Shown here piece after piece: positions 11,738 to 21,805 of a stretch of DNA of 37,376 nt. Location: the NCBI GenBank assembly GCA_032718475.1, contig JAUCBJ010002467.1, positions 1 through 37,376 of the forward strand, written 5' to 3'. This DNA comes from Nemertoderma westbladi (Eukaryota > Animalia > Xenacoelomorpha). The notes beneath the pieces were generated by a model. That model ran no database searches, was not told the origin of the DNA, and saw nothing but the letters and a program-made list of their open reading frames with translations. The position numbers were made by a program, and so were the translations under genes. Within the stretch, counting starts at the first letter, position 1. Each line of letters starts with the position of its first letter.

Positions 11738-12259
11738 ATGGCAAGTAAGGCGGCAGCTTCGAAACGGGCTGGAGGTAAGAAACGCGTACAACGCGCGACT
11801 AGTAATGTATTCGCTATGTTCGATCAGAATCAAATACAAGAGTTTAAAGAGGCCTTCAACATGATAGACCAAAACCATGACGGGTTTATTAATAAGGATG
11901 ATCTAAGAGATATGTTGTTCTCTTTGGGCAAGGAGCCCGGAGATTCTTATCTGGATGACATGATTAACGAAGCTCCTGGGCCTATCAACTTCACAATGTT
12001 CCTAACCCTATTCGGGGAGCGCCTGCAGGGCACAGACCCTGAAGAAGTCATCAGAAATGCATTCTCTAACTTCGATGACGATCTTACAGGAATTATTCCG
12101 GAGGAGAACTTGCGTGAGTTGCTGATGACTATGGGCGATCGGTTTACGGAAGACGAAGTCGACGAGATGTTCCGAGACGCCCCGATAGATAAACAAGGAG
12201 GATTTAATTACCCGGAATTCACAAAGATCCTTAAACACGGAGTTAAAGAAAAGGAATAG
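11738..12259 (+). CDS. MYL12: Myosin II regulatory light chain (non-muscle/smooth type; MYL12/MYL9/sqh family), intronless CDS, 173 aa
   Basis: [17 protein letters not shown] phosphorylation motif, EF-hand [39 protein letters not shown]-terminal [11 protein letters not shown] intact from ATG to TAG. Confidence 0.97.
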   Translation: MASKAAASKRAGGKKRVQRATSNVFAMFDQNQIQEFKEAFNMIDQNHDGFINKDDLRDMLFSLGKEPGDSYLDDMINEAPGPINFTMFLTLFGERLQGTDPEEVIRNAFSNFDDDLTGIIPEENLRELLMTMGDRFTEDEVDEMFRDAPIDKQGGFNYPEFTKILKHGVKEKE

Positions 12260-15249
12260 ATGGTTTAGTGCCGGCCATATCGGTATAAATAGCAAACCGG
12301 GTTATGTTTTGTTGTTTGGTCTATTTAAATTCCATTGTTTTATATAGCTGTATAGGCTGATAGGGGTTGGCTGTACTGACTCTGTCTGACTGTGTTGGTA
12401 CCACTATGTACCGCGTACCGGTACCGGTATTAGCGGTAACAGCATTGTTCTTGCTTCCATAAGCACGCAAGCTTAGCAGCTTGCTTCAACATTGCTGCAC
12501 GATTATCGTTTAAGTATATAACAATAGGTAATTAAAAGCAAATTAAAATTAATTTGTGCAGCAATGATGAGCTGATTTCTGGGATATTCGAATCTAAAAC
12601 TCATAAATTTGTGAAATATTAATCTTCAGCTAGCTCACTTTCTTTGGGGGATGTCATGTTAGAGGCTCAGTGACAATGTTTATCTGCCAGGCTGCAAGAG
12701 TTGAGGTCTACACCCTAACTGTTATGTGGCCATAAACTGGGACCTAAACGAGAGCCTTATGGGGTTATGCACTGCACCATGGTTACATGACAGTTTCAAT
12801 TATTGTGATGACCCGACCAACTAACCCAAAACAAACACAAATCCAATTTAAATTACAGAACTATATATATATTACAGAATTAAGTATATTATACCGGAAG
12901 TCTTTGTTGTGGTAGATAGACTTTCGAAAGTTCTCTAAATTATTTTAAAACTTTCCCAATTTACTTCGTTTACACATAACATCAAAACCAAGTCGTATTA
13001 ACAAATAGGCGGAAAGTAAGTTCGCTTGCTGAATACTTAATATACTTCAAAATGAGTTTCATATTCGTATCCCACCAATACAACCTATCTCTAGGCCATT
13101 AGTTTATTTTATTTATGTGTAACGCTCTGCTCTCCTATGCTGACAATGCCGCTAAACGCTTACCTTTACTAGTCAAGCTATTAACTCTGTACATCGTACT
13201 GAGTACAAGTGTATATTTTCGACTACTCACCCTAACTAGTTACTCTTTCTACCAGGATTAGTCCATATTATCTCTCCTTTGTGCTGCTCTTTGATGGTAA
13301 CTGTACTGAAATTATTATTGGGAGGAATTAGTTATTTCTTGGGGCGGGTCATTGACTAGTAAATATAATTATGTGTTATATTATTATTATAAATCGATTA
13401 GATCGAATATTATTTTATTCCTGGGTCGATTGAAATACCTTTAACGGTGATTATTTCATTTTTAGCGAGTATTTAATTTGCTTTATTATTGCTTAGTTGT
13501 TAAATGTTTAATTATAATTAACATAATATTCCAGTTATTTTACGATATTATATTATTTTGATATCTGATGTTTAATGAATATTGTATTGGTAATATTTTA
13601 TAATATTTATAGCATGCGTGAAATATTTAGCATAATAATTGAGTTCTAAGTTATTACCCATTTTAAAGTTCGGGGGCCCTCCCGGCACTCACTCATGTAT
13701 GAAACATTCATATACTCGGGTAATTTTCTACGGTCCCACCCAATAAAACTTGAAAGAATAGATTTTCATTACCTGAAAAATTACCCCGTCTCACTTAATT
13801 TTGTAATTAAGTCAGTGGCAGTACGAATCACTGCGCTTTGTTTGACAAAATGTTAGTGGAAGAATCGTTATTTTATAATTCTAAAATATTAAATAATATT
13901 AGGCTGCGTGCGTTTACACCAGTGTTGACGTGTCACAGTTGATAGTTGACGTGTCACTATTATTGTGACCGCCAACTGTGACACATTAAAATGAAATCCG
14001 TAGATAGGACAGGGTGTACATAATGTAAAACTTTATAAGACGGCTAACTTTATACGGCAGGTGAGAATTGTTTTTACGGCGGACGAGAAACCAGCAACGG
14101 CTCTCAGACACAGCCTCATATGATTTGGGACCGTAATCTGGTACACCTGGTACAGGTCAGCCAACACTTACCTTCATTTTACCAGGTTTTGGCGCAAATT
14201 GACCGCAAGTAATTATATTACAATTAGAATCACTGAACCTATTATCTGCGTAGAAACACCATAAAATATACAAAGTTAGAAAAAGTAGAAAAGTAATATT
14301 TATTATTTTTAGAAAGACCAGAGAGTGGAAGATAATATTGCAATTATTTTCACTAAATTCACTATTTAAAATATGAATGGGATTTTGGGTTATCTTCCTC
14401 AGTAGGGCATTCATCGTTGTTTCCCAAATTACCTTGGATACCATATCGACTAGTCACGATTGAACGAACTCCAAATTAAGCGACATAAGCTAATAAGGAT
14501 CACCAACGCACTAACTGTTTGACTCAGAGAAAGTATGAATCATATGTGCGATACTTAAGTGATACGCAGATTCCCAATCTTGTAGAAAGCTAATGTATTT
14601 GAAAATAATTAAATTGGTATAAAATGTTCGGATTACTAAATAACAATTACTAGAATTATTAACTGCTTGATCTATGTAGGTACTAGGTACGGGTCTATTA
14701 TCAGTAGTACAGCCTGGTGCATGGGCTTCTATTTAATAATATTAACGCTTTTTAATACGATATTCTTAAAGTCGTGGTATCCCTCGACATGAGCATTAAG
14801 TAAGCTCATAGTTTTGTTTAAATCCGGCAGTAAAGCATAATTATGTGGTAACTATAGAGGGATAACAATAATAGATAGACTCCTTAAGTCAATTGTATGA
14901 TTCGTTTTTAACCGCTAGGTTCGTTGGTCAGGGTCAGGGTCGCTATTGTCGTGGGACAGGGTCCCGCGAGAATGTTTAAGTATTTGTGCAGTATTGTGTG
15001 TGGTAAGGTATGATCTGTGCACTGCGTATGTCGTACCAATGTACTAAGTCTGTCCTTGGTGGTGGTATTTTTATTTTGTTTCTACCAATGGAGGTAGACA
15101 AGGTGCACCTAGTGTTACTTATTATTTTGCATGTATCTCGATTGTATGGTAAAAATGATTCGTAAAGTTTACAAAACGAATGGGTTCTTTGGTGTATTGC
15201 AATTATTACTCCTCATGGTCGATACTGTTATTTTTTTTTTTTTTTTTAC

Positions 15250-15445
15250 CGGGATAGGTTTAGATAGACCCGTAGAAAGCAAAAGGTATACTGTAGACAT
15301 TGAAATTTATAAAGTGAGGACAGGTTCATAAGTTTCAATTGTTTAAATAAGATATGTGTATGATGGTCATACGGTTTCAAGAGGATTATGCGGCGGATTA
15401 TTTTTTTCTGTAATTTTATTAGCGGAAGAAGGTAGGTAGGAGTAT
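15250..15445 (-). mobile_element. CR1/L2-group LINE ORF2 C-terminal fragment
   Basis: PTYLLPLIKLQKKIIRRII..PYDHHTHILFKQLKLMNL resembles the post-RT region of CR1/L2-group elements. Confidence 0.6.
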
Positions 15446-15497
15446 GGGATTCGCCGCGGATAATCATTTAACAAACCGGGAAACAGCTAATTAATAT

Positions 15498-15755
15498 AAC
15501 AAGCGCGAAATCGCGCAAATGTCCGCGTCTACTAACGCATGAACTGTCTCCTTGAATGGCTTACTAACAATCTTACAACAGCAAAAAATTCACCGGAATG
15601 GGGGCATTGAACTCGGTACCTAGAGATTCCAAGACCCACGCTCTGCCAAATGAGCCACTGGGGCTGCATCAATCATTAATACCAAAACCTAACGAGAAAT
15701 TAACAACAACAACAACCGGGTGAATACTAGAGGTATCGCTACGCGAACCTATAAA
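15498..15755 (-). mobile_element. Second HINE-like family member with a single 52-bp-type unit and an internal tRNA-derived segment
   Basis: Same termini as 3566-4495 (GCGCGAAATCGCGC hairpin; AGGTATCGCTACGCGAACCT), one copy of GTCCGCGTCTACTAAC..GAACTGTCTCCTTGAATGGCTTACTA, and an (AAC)n microsatellite. Confidence 0.7.
15595..15665 (-). pseudogene. tRNA-derived sequence (SINE head or tRNA pseudogene)
   Basis: Minus strand GCCCCAGTGGCTCATTTGGCAGAGCG...GAGTTCAATGCCCC has A-box-like and B-box-like motifs at tRNA spacing, with a D-stem GCTC/GAGC. Confidence 0.55.
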
Positions 15756-15779
15756 CATAAGAGCATTGATTGATTTTTG

Positions 15780-16315
15780 TTCAGTTTCCGTTATGATTAT
15801 AAATTCCGAAAATACACAATTTTTTGTAGTAAATGGTTTAGATACGGATCAAGACAGTTTATTTTCGGTGATACAATTGTCGCACATTGTAATAGTTATA
15901 CTTATCTTGGACCCCCTACACTGAAAATGGTAAGATGTCTGACGTAATTAAACTACAAATAAACAAATGTGAAGTAGCGACAATAAATTTAAGTATTTTT
16001 TGGGCCAATAATACAACTATGCCGTTTGTTATTAAACGTCAAGTATTTGAAGCTTGTCTTCTGAGTAGCGTACTATATGCCTCAGAAATGTGGTTGGTTC
16101 GTGATTTTAAGAGAATTGAATCTACTACCATAAAATGAAAATGATTAAATGTCTCCTGGGTCTCACGGGTACAGACCCCTACAAACAGGTTTGAGGCAGG
16201 TTTTACACCCCTGGAGGACAGAATACTAAATTCTCGTAGAAATTTCGTTAGGATAATGTTGTCGAGACCTGACCCAGAAATACCATTTTTCCAGGCTGTT
16301 GATATTGTTAAGGCC
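15780..16315 (+). mobile_element. Degenerate non-LTR retrotransposon fragment (RT C-terminal region)
   Basis: CNSYTYLG motif near 15888, then VFEACLLSSVLYASEMW and IKCLLG, with stops and frameshifts. Confidence 0.7.
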
Positions 16316-16334
16316 CGTGCTCCACTGGCAACAC

Positions 16335-17570
16335 ATGGGTTGTAAAGGCTTTTGCGGAATTAGCTAGTCATTTTCCCCGCAAAGTACTCTGTAGGTGTTT
16401 TAGCGGACATAAAAAGCCGTTTCCTTACTGTACCGGTGTTTTAGTGGACATAAAAAGCCATTTCTTCTGTATGTGTACTTTAGCGGACATAACTAGCGAT
16501 TTTATGTCGCAATACGCCAAAATACTCTTGATACAGTGTAAGTTCAGATGACGACATCTATCAGCTGATATGTCCACGTGTAACTTTTTCTTTGTTCTTT
16601 GTTCGGTCGACCAATCAGAGCGATTTTCATTTTATTTGTACAGAAACCTCCGGGAAATCGCGCAATGCATTATGGTTTATGTTTACCTTTTTTCCTAAGC
16701 CTAGAACATCGGCTATGGAATTATTCTGTGTTTCAGACTTTAGCCAAACATTAGAACGGCTTTGATTATAGAAACGTATAACTGTTATCATATTGTCACA
16801 AACTGCATACAGCCCATATCATACCATACATACCTTTCACCGCATTATTTTACTGCTATTTACTGTCGGTTATTAATTGTATCAGTTGATGGAATATTGT
16901 TATATTTGGAGAATATCGATAAATAATCATAAAACCCCCAATCTTCTTGATATACTGAAGGTGAGAGACCGGTTACATATAGCAATTGCGACTTACATTA
17001 TAGTGGTTTTGGAGTGAATCTAATGCTATTTCATAGGCCCTACATGTATCGGTTGCTGTTCTCTTTATATGTGACTAAAATTAGTGAAGGTCGGCAGATC
17101 GGTGTGCAGCATTGTGCGGTAGTGTGCATGAATGTGATAGATAACAAAGCATCTCCTAAAGAATGCGCTTTATACGTGAATCAATAGCCATCCTGTTGTG
17201 TTTAGTGTAAGTCATAACTCTGTTTACATACTTAGAGCGCCACGTCCTAAAGGAACTGTTGATATTTCCCGAAAGTGAATAATATTTGTCAGAGATTATA
17301 TATTAACGATCAATCGAATAATACAGTAGGCCTACACCGCAATAAGGTCAGAGCTTCCGAATCCAGTCTCCCGGGTAAATCCAGCGGGTGAATGGTCGCG
17401 CATAGGCTGGCTTCGGCTAATGTAGTGCATCAAATACTTGTCATAGGCTAAAGTCGATTTATAACCTAGAAGACACCTAAATTTGGCAGGTTAAACTGCT
17501 AAAGGTCTAAAAGCGCGAACATGGGTCTTATGTCAAAAGTCGTTTTCAGATTTTGTCTGAGTCCGTATGT
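16335..17570. mobile_element. Unclassified non-coding interspersed element, copy 2 (without the nested insertions of copy 1)
   Basis: Collinear with the copy 1 segments. The left end has reiterated TTTAGCGGACATAA motifs and the right end has TATGTCAAAAG motifs, possibly degenerate TIRs. Confidence 0.7.
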
Positions 17571-17757
17571 CAAAAGTATAGGAAGGGATCTTGGGGTCTT
17601 AGCCTCGAATGATAAGTTTATTTTACCGAAAATAACTTATCTTTTATTGGCGCAATTGTAGGACTAATCCTATCACATGCTTTTTTTTTAACCGGGTAGT
17701 GTACAAATTTAGGAATCGCGTAATTTTTCTTGAAATTAATATCTCATATCTCTCCAA

Positions 17758-17800
17758 ACCACGTACGCGTTTCGACCTTACTGGGTCTCATCAGCGTGGT
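17758..17800 (-). ncRNA. Minimal type I hammerhead ribozyme (copy 1)
   Basis: ACCACG-CTGATGA-GACC-CAGTAA-GGTC-GAAA-C-GC-GTA-CGTGGT on the minus strand. The conserved core is complete, stems I and II are perfect, and stem III is the palindrome ACGCGT. Confidence 0.9.
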
Positions 17801-17860
17801 GTCGGATTCGAACCTGGGACCTCGAGGTGGAAGCCGAGACTACAACCACTAGGCCACAGG
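17798..17860 (-). promoter_or_regulatory. tRNA-like Pol III internal promoter (A and B boxes) fused to the hammerhead
   Basis: A box TGGCCTAGTGG (17846-17856), anticodon-arm-like CTCGGCTTCCACCTCGAG, B box GGTTCGAATCC (17804-17814). The acceptor stem does not form, so this is not a functional tRNA. Confidence 0.75.
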
Positions 17861-18014
17861 TTCTTGAGATATGGAGTATTAATTTCAAAGCCAGCTGCCA
17901 TTTTATTAGCCCCTGATTTTTCGATTATTGGTAGTAACAATGTGTTGGCAAGCTGTATTTATCGAGGTGTTTGTTATTATAAATTTACTTCGAGGTTCTA
18001 GGTTCGAATCCGAC

Positions 18015-18057
18015 ACCACGCTGATGAGACCCAGTAAGGTCGAAACGCGTACGTGGT
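18015..18057 (+). ncRNA. Minimal type I hammerhead ribozyme (copy 2)
   Basis: ACCACG 18015-20, CTGATGA 18021-27, stem II GACC/GGTC, GAAA 18042-45, GTA cleavage triplet 18049-51, CGTGGT 18052-57. Preceded by a B box at 18001-18011. Confidence 0.9.
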
Positions 18058-18484
18058 TTGGAGAGATATGAGATATTAATTTCAAGAAAAATTACGCGAT
18101 TCCTAAATTTGTACACTACCCGGTTAAAAAGTACGCATGTGATGGGATTAGTCCTACAATTGCGCCAATAAAAGATAAGTTATTTTCGGTAAAATAAACT
18201 TATCATTCGAGGCTAAGACCCCTAGATCCCTTCCTATAATAAATGTATAATAACAAACACCTCGAAAAATACAGCTTGCCAACACATTGTTACTATCAAT
18301 ATTTTCAAAAGTATAGCTTCCACTGACTGGTAAGTCATAAATCTTTATTAAATAATATAAGATGCATCTCACATTCAATGGAACACTTGAACATTTAATG
18401 GCTTTGCTGCTATCCAAAGTAACCAATCACAGACCTCTTGGCAGAAAGAACGGTGACAAGTTGCCTCATTCCATGAGTCAGGCG

Positions 18485-18608
18485 GCTATTGTACATTGTT
18501 TTATATTATACAGGTAGAGAGAGTTAGACGGTTATTGTACATTGTTTTATATTATACAGCGAGAGAGAGTGAGTTAGGCTGTTATTGTACATTGTTATAT
18601 ATTATACA
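18485..18608 (-). repeat. Three ~47-50-bp tandem copies of the U4 3' flank
   Basis: ATTGTACATTGTT(T/A)TATATTATACAG at about 18487, 18534 and 18584. A related duplication lies at 5707/5753 after U4 copy 1. Confidence 0.85.
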
Positions 18609-18749
18609 GGTACCCCGAGGGCCCCACACAAATTGCTCCTGGTTCCACCGAAGTTTCCCCAGGGCGGGTTATTGGGAATAGTTTTCAATTAGCAATAATC
18701 GCGCCTCGGTTAAACCTCATCGGCTACGATACTGCCTCTGCGCAAAGAT
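18609..18749 (-). ncRNA. U4: U4 spliceosomal snRNA (identical to copy 1)
   Basis: Exact reverse complement of 5569-5709, with a conserved upstream PSE-like region at about 18780-18815. Confidence 0.96.
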
Positions 18750-19076
18750 ACCTAAACAACCTCCACCCATCTACTTCAATCAAGTAGTTTAACATTAATT
18801 GGGTATCATTAAAATAAAATAAATATATGGATACATATTTTACTTATCCGGTACTAATTGTAAAAACATAAGACAACATTTATATATTATAATTTTCATA
18901 AACAATTAATTTAAAATTATTGATAAATAAAAACGTTTTAAATGTTAATAATGTTTGAATAACTTTCTATAATTTATTACCTGATCGTCTCTTAGCGATA
19001 TTTAAAAGAAGGATTGCCTCCCCAAAGTACATTACTTTACACGCCACCTAGCGTCTAATATCGTGAACTAACTAAC

Positions 19077-19248
19077 CCCAGCGCTATCAAATATCCTTTT
19101 CGTTCCGCTCTTGTTGCTATAGAGATGAGCCAGTTCTGGGTCTGGGCTAAGGTACGGAAGATCTAGGAGATCAGATATCTCCATGTCGTCTATGTGGAGG
19201 TTGCCAGGAACTATGTAGGCATCCTTACCAGATACTATGTTCTTTATT
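19077..19248 (-). CDS. IQCH: IQCH exon (7th visible): [21 protein letters not shown]...[18 protein letters not shown]
   Basis: TTTAG| acceptor and |GTTAGT donor. Phase matches the preceding exon (CG+A). Peptide resembles IQCH as recalled ([12 protein letters not shown]). Confidence 0.88.
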
Positions 19249-19434
19249 CTAAACATAACAAAACGTCGGTCAAACAATAAACTTGATTACTATCCCATTA
19301 CGAGTTTTACATCGGAAACGGTTTCCAACACTTAATCTACACAAACTCTACATATATTCATATCCTTTCCCCAAACTCCCATTGCCGATATTGAAAACTT
19401 GCTCGTCTATAGGTACCAACAAAGTCTATAGGCA

Positions 19435-21805
19435 CCAAACTTATCGCTTGAGGGCTCGATCAATGTACTTGAGCACAGTGCTTAAACCAAACTTACCGCT
19501 TGAGTGCTCGATCAATGTACTTGAGCACAGTGCTTAAACCATACTTACCGCTTGAGTGCTCGATCAATGTACTGGAGCACAGTGCTTAAACCAAACTTAC
19601 CGCTTGAGTGCTCGATCAATGTACTGGAGCACAGTGCTTAAACCAAACTTACCGCTTGAGTGCTCGATCAATGTACTGGAGCACAGTGCTTAAACCAAAC
19701 TTACAGTTTGAGTGCTCGATCAATGTACTGGAGCACAGTGCTTAAACCAAACTTACCGCTTGAGTGCTCGATCAATGTACTGGAGCACAGTGCTTAAACC
19801 AAACTTACAGTTTGAGTGCTCGATCAATGTACTTGAGCACAGTGCTTAAACCAAACTTACCGCTTGAGTGCTCGATCAATGTACTTGAGCACAGTGCTTA
19901 AACCATACTTACCGCTTGAGTGCTCGATCAATGTACTGGAGCACAGTGCTTAAACCAAACTTACCGCTTGAGTGCTCGATCAATGTACTGGAGCACAGTG
20001 CTTAAACCAAACTTACCGCTTGAGTGCTCGATCAATGTACTGGAGCACAGTGCTTAAACCAAACTTACCGCTTGAGTGCTCGATCAATGTACTGGAGCAC
20101 AGTGCTTAAACCAAACGTACAGTTTGAGTGCTCGATCAATGTACTGGAGCACAGTGCTTAAACCAAACTTACCGCTTGAGTGCTCGATCAATGTACTTGA
20201 GCACAGTGCTTAAACCAAACTTACCGCTTGAGTGCTCGATCAATGTACTGGAGCACAGTGCTTAAACCAAACTTACCGCTTGAGTGCTCGATCAATGTAC
20301 TGGAGCACAGTGCTTAAACCAAACTTACCGTTTGAGTGCTCGATCAATGTACTGGAGCACAGTGCTTAAACCAAACTTACCGCTTGAGTGCTCGATCAAT
20401 GTACTGGAGCACAGTGCTTAAACCAAACTTACCGCTTGAGTGCTCGATCAATGTACTGGAGCACAGTGCTTAAACCAAACTTACCGCTTGAGTGCTCGAT
20501 CAATGTACTGGAGCACAGTGCTTAAACCAAACTTACCGCTTGAGTGCTCGATCAATGTACTGGAGCACAGTGCTTAAACCAAACTTACCGCTTGAGTGCT
20601 CGATCAATGTACTGGAGCACAGTGCTTAAACCAAACTTACCGCTTGAGTGCTCGATCAATGTACTGGAGCACAGTGCTTAAACCAAACTTACCGCTTGAG
20701 TGCTCGATCAATGTACTGGAGCACAGTGCTTAAACCAAACTTACCGCTTGAGTGCTCGATCAATGTACTGGAGCACAGTGCTTAAACCAAACTTACCGCT
20801 TGAGTGCTCGATCAATGTACTGGAGCACAGTGCTTAAACCAAACTTACCGCTTGAGTGCTCGATCAATGTACTGGAGCACAGTGCTTAAACCAAACTTAC
20901 CGCTTGAGTGCTCGATCAATGTACTTGAGCACAGTGCTTAAACCAAACTTACCGCTTGAGTGCTCGATCAATGTACTGGAGCACAGTGCTTAAACCAAAC
21001 TTACCGCTTGAGTGCTCGATCAATGTACTGGAGCACAGTGCTTAAACCAAACTTACCGCTTGAGTGCTCGATCAATGTACTGGAGCACAGTGCTTAAACC
21101 AAACTTACCGCTTGAGTGCTCGATCAATGTACTGGAGCACAGTGCTTAAACCAAACTTACCGCTTGAGTGCTCGATCAATGTACTGGAGCACAGTGCTTA
21201 AACCAAACTTACCGCTTGAGTGCTCGATCAATGTACTGGAGCACAGTGCTTAAACCAAACTTACCGCTTGAGTGCTCGATCAATGTACTGGAGCACAGTG
21301 CTTAAACCAAACTTACCGCTTGAGTGCTCGATCAATGTACTGGAGCACAGTGCTTAAACCAAACTTACCGCTTGAGTGCTCGATCAATGTACTGGAGCAC
21401 AGTGCTTAAACCAAACTTACCGCTTGAGTGCTCGATCAATGTACTGGAGCACAGTGCTTAAACCAAACTTACCGCTTGAGTGCTCGATCAATGTACTGGA
21501 GCACAGTGCTTAAACCAAACTTACAGTTTGAGTGCTCGATCAATGTACTGGAGCACAGTGCTTAAACCAAACTTACAGCTTGAGTGCTCGATCAATGTAC
21601 TGGAGCACAGTGCTTAAACCAAACTTACCGCTTGAGTGCTCGATCAATGTACTGGAGCACAGTGCTTAAACCAAACTTACCGCTTGAGTGCTCGATCAAT
21701 GTACTGGAGCACAGTGCTTAAACCAAACTTACCGCTTGAGTGCTCGATCAATGTACTGGAGCACAGTGCTTAAACCAAACTTACCGCTTGAGTGCTCGAG
21801 GGCTG
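19435..21805 (-). repeat. 52-bp tandem array x45 built from the IQCH exon 3' end plus splice donor
   Basis: Minus-strand unit GTAAGTTTGGTTTAAGCACTGTGCTCCAGTACATTGATCGAGCACTCAAGCG. CCAAAC from 19435 to 21775 spans exactly 45 x 52. Confidence 0.97.

Larger units (their letters stand above)
17582..18304. mobile_element. Retrozyme/SINE-like insertion: two inverted, circularly permuted copies of a ~410-nt tRNA-head plus hammerhead unit, with a 12-bp TSD
   Basis: 17577-17827 is the reverse complement of ~17989-18238, and 17930-17987 is the reverse complement of ~18240-18300. TCAAAAGTATAG occurs at 17570-17581 and 18305-18316. Confidence 0.8.

Noticed and set aside
12122-12128. CTGATGA motifs at 12122, ~5063 (minus) and ~21902 (minus) as hammerheads
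   Set aside because: No stem II/GAAA or stem I pairing. Two of them lie in coding exons.
13930-13985. Short inverted repeat TGTCACAGTTG/CAACTGTGACA
   Set aside because: Too short and without a TSD to call an element.
14167-14215. AAAATGAAG|GTAAGT as the first exon of another minus-strand gene
   Set aside because: Good donor and ATG, but no downstream exon could be linked, so support is insufficient.
17798-17860. Functional tRNA gene
   Set aside because: The acceptor stem does not pair and the 3' end is replaced by ribozyme stem I. Kept only as a Pol III promoter head.
17699-18426. ORFs 17699-18001 and 18154-18426
   Set aside because: Chance frames across the non-coding inverted ribozyme element.
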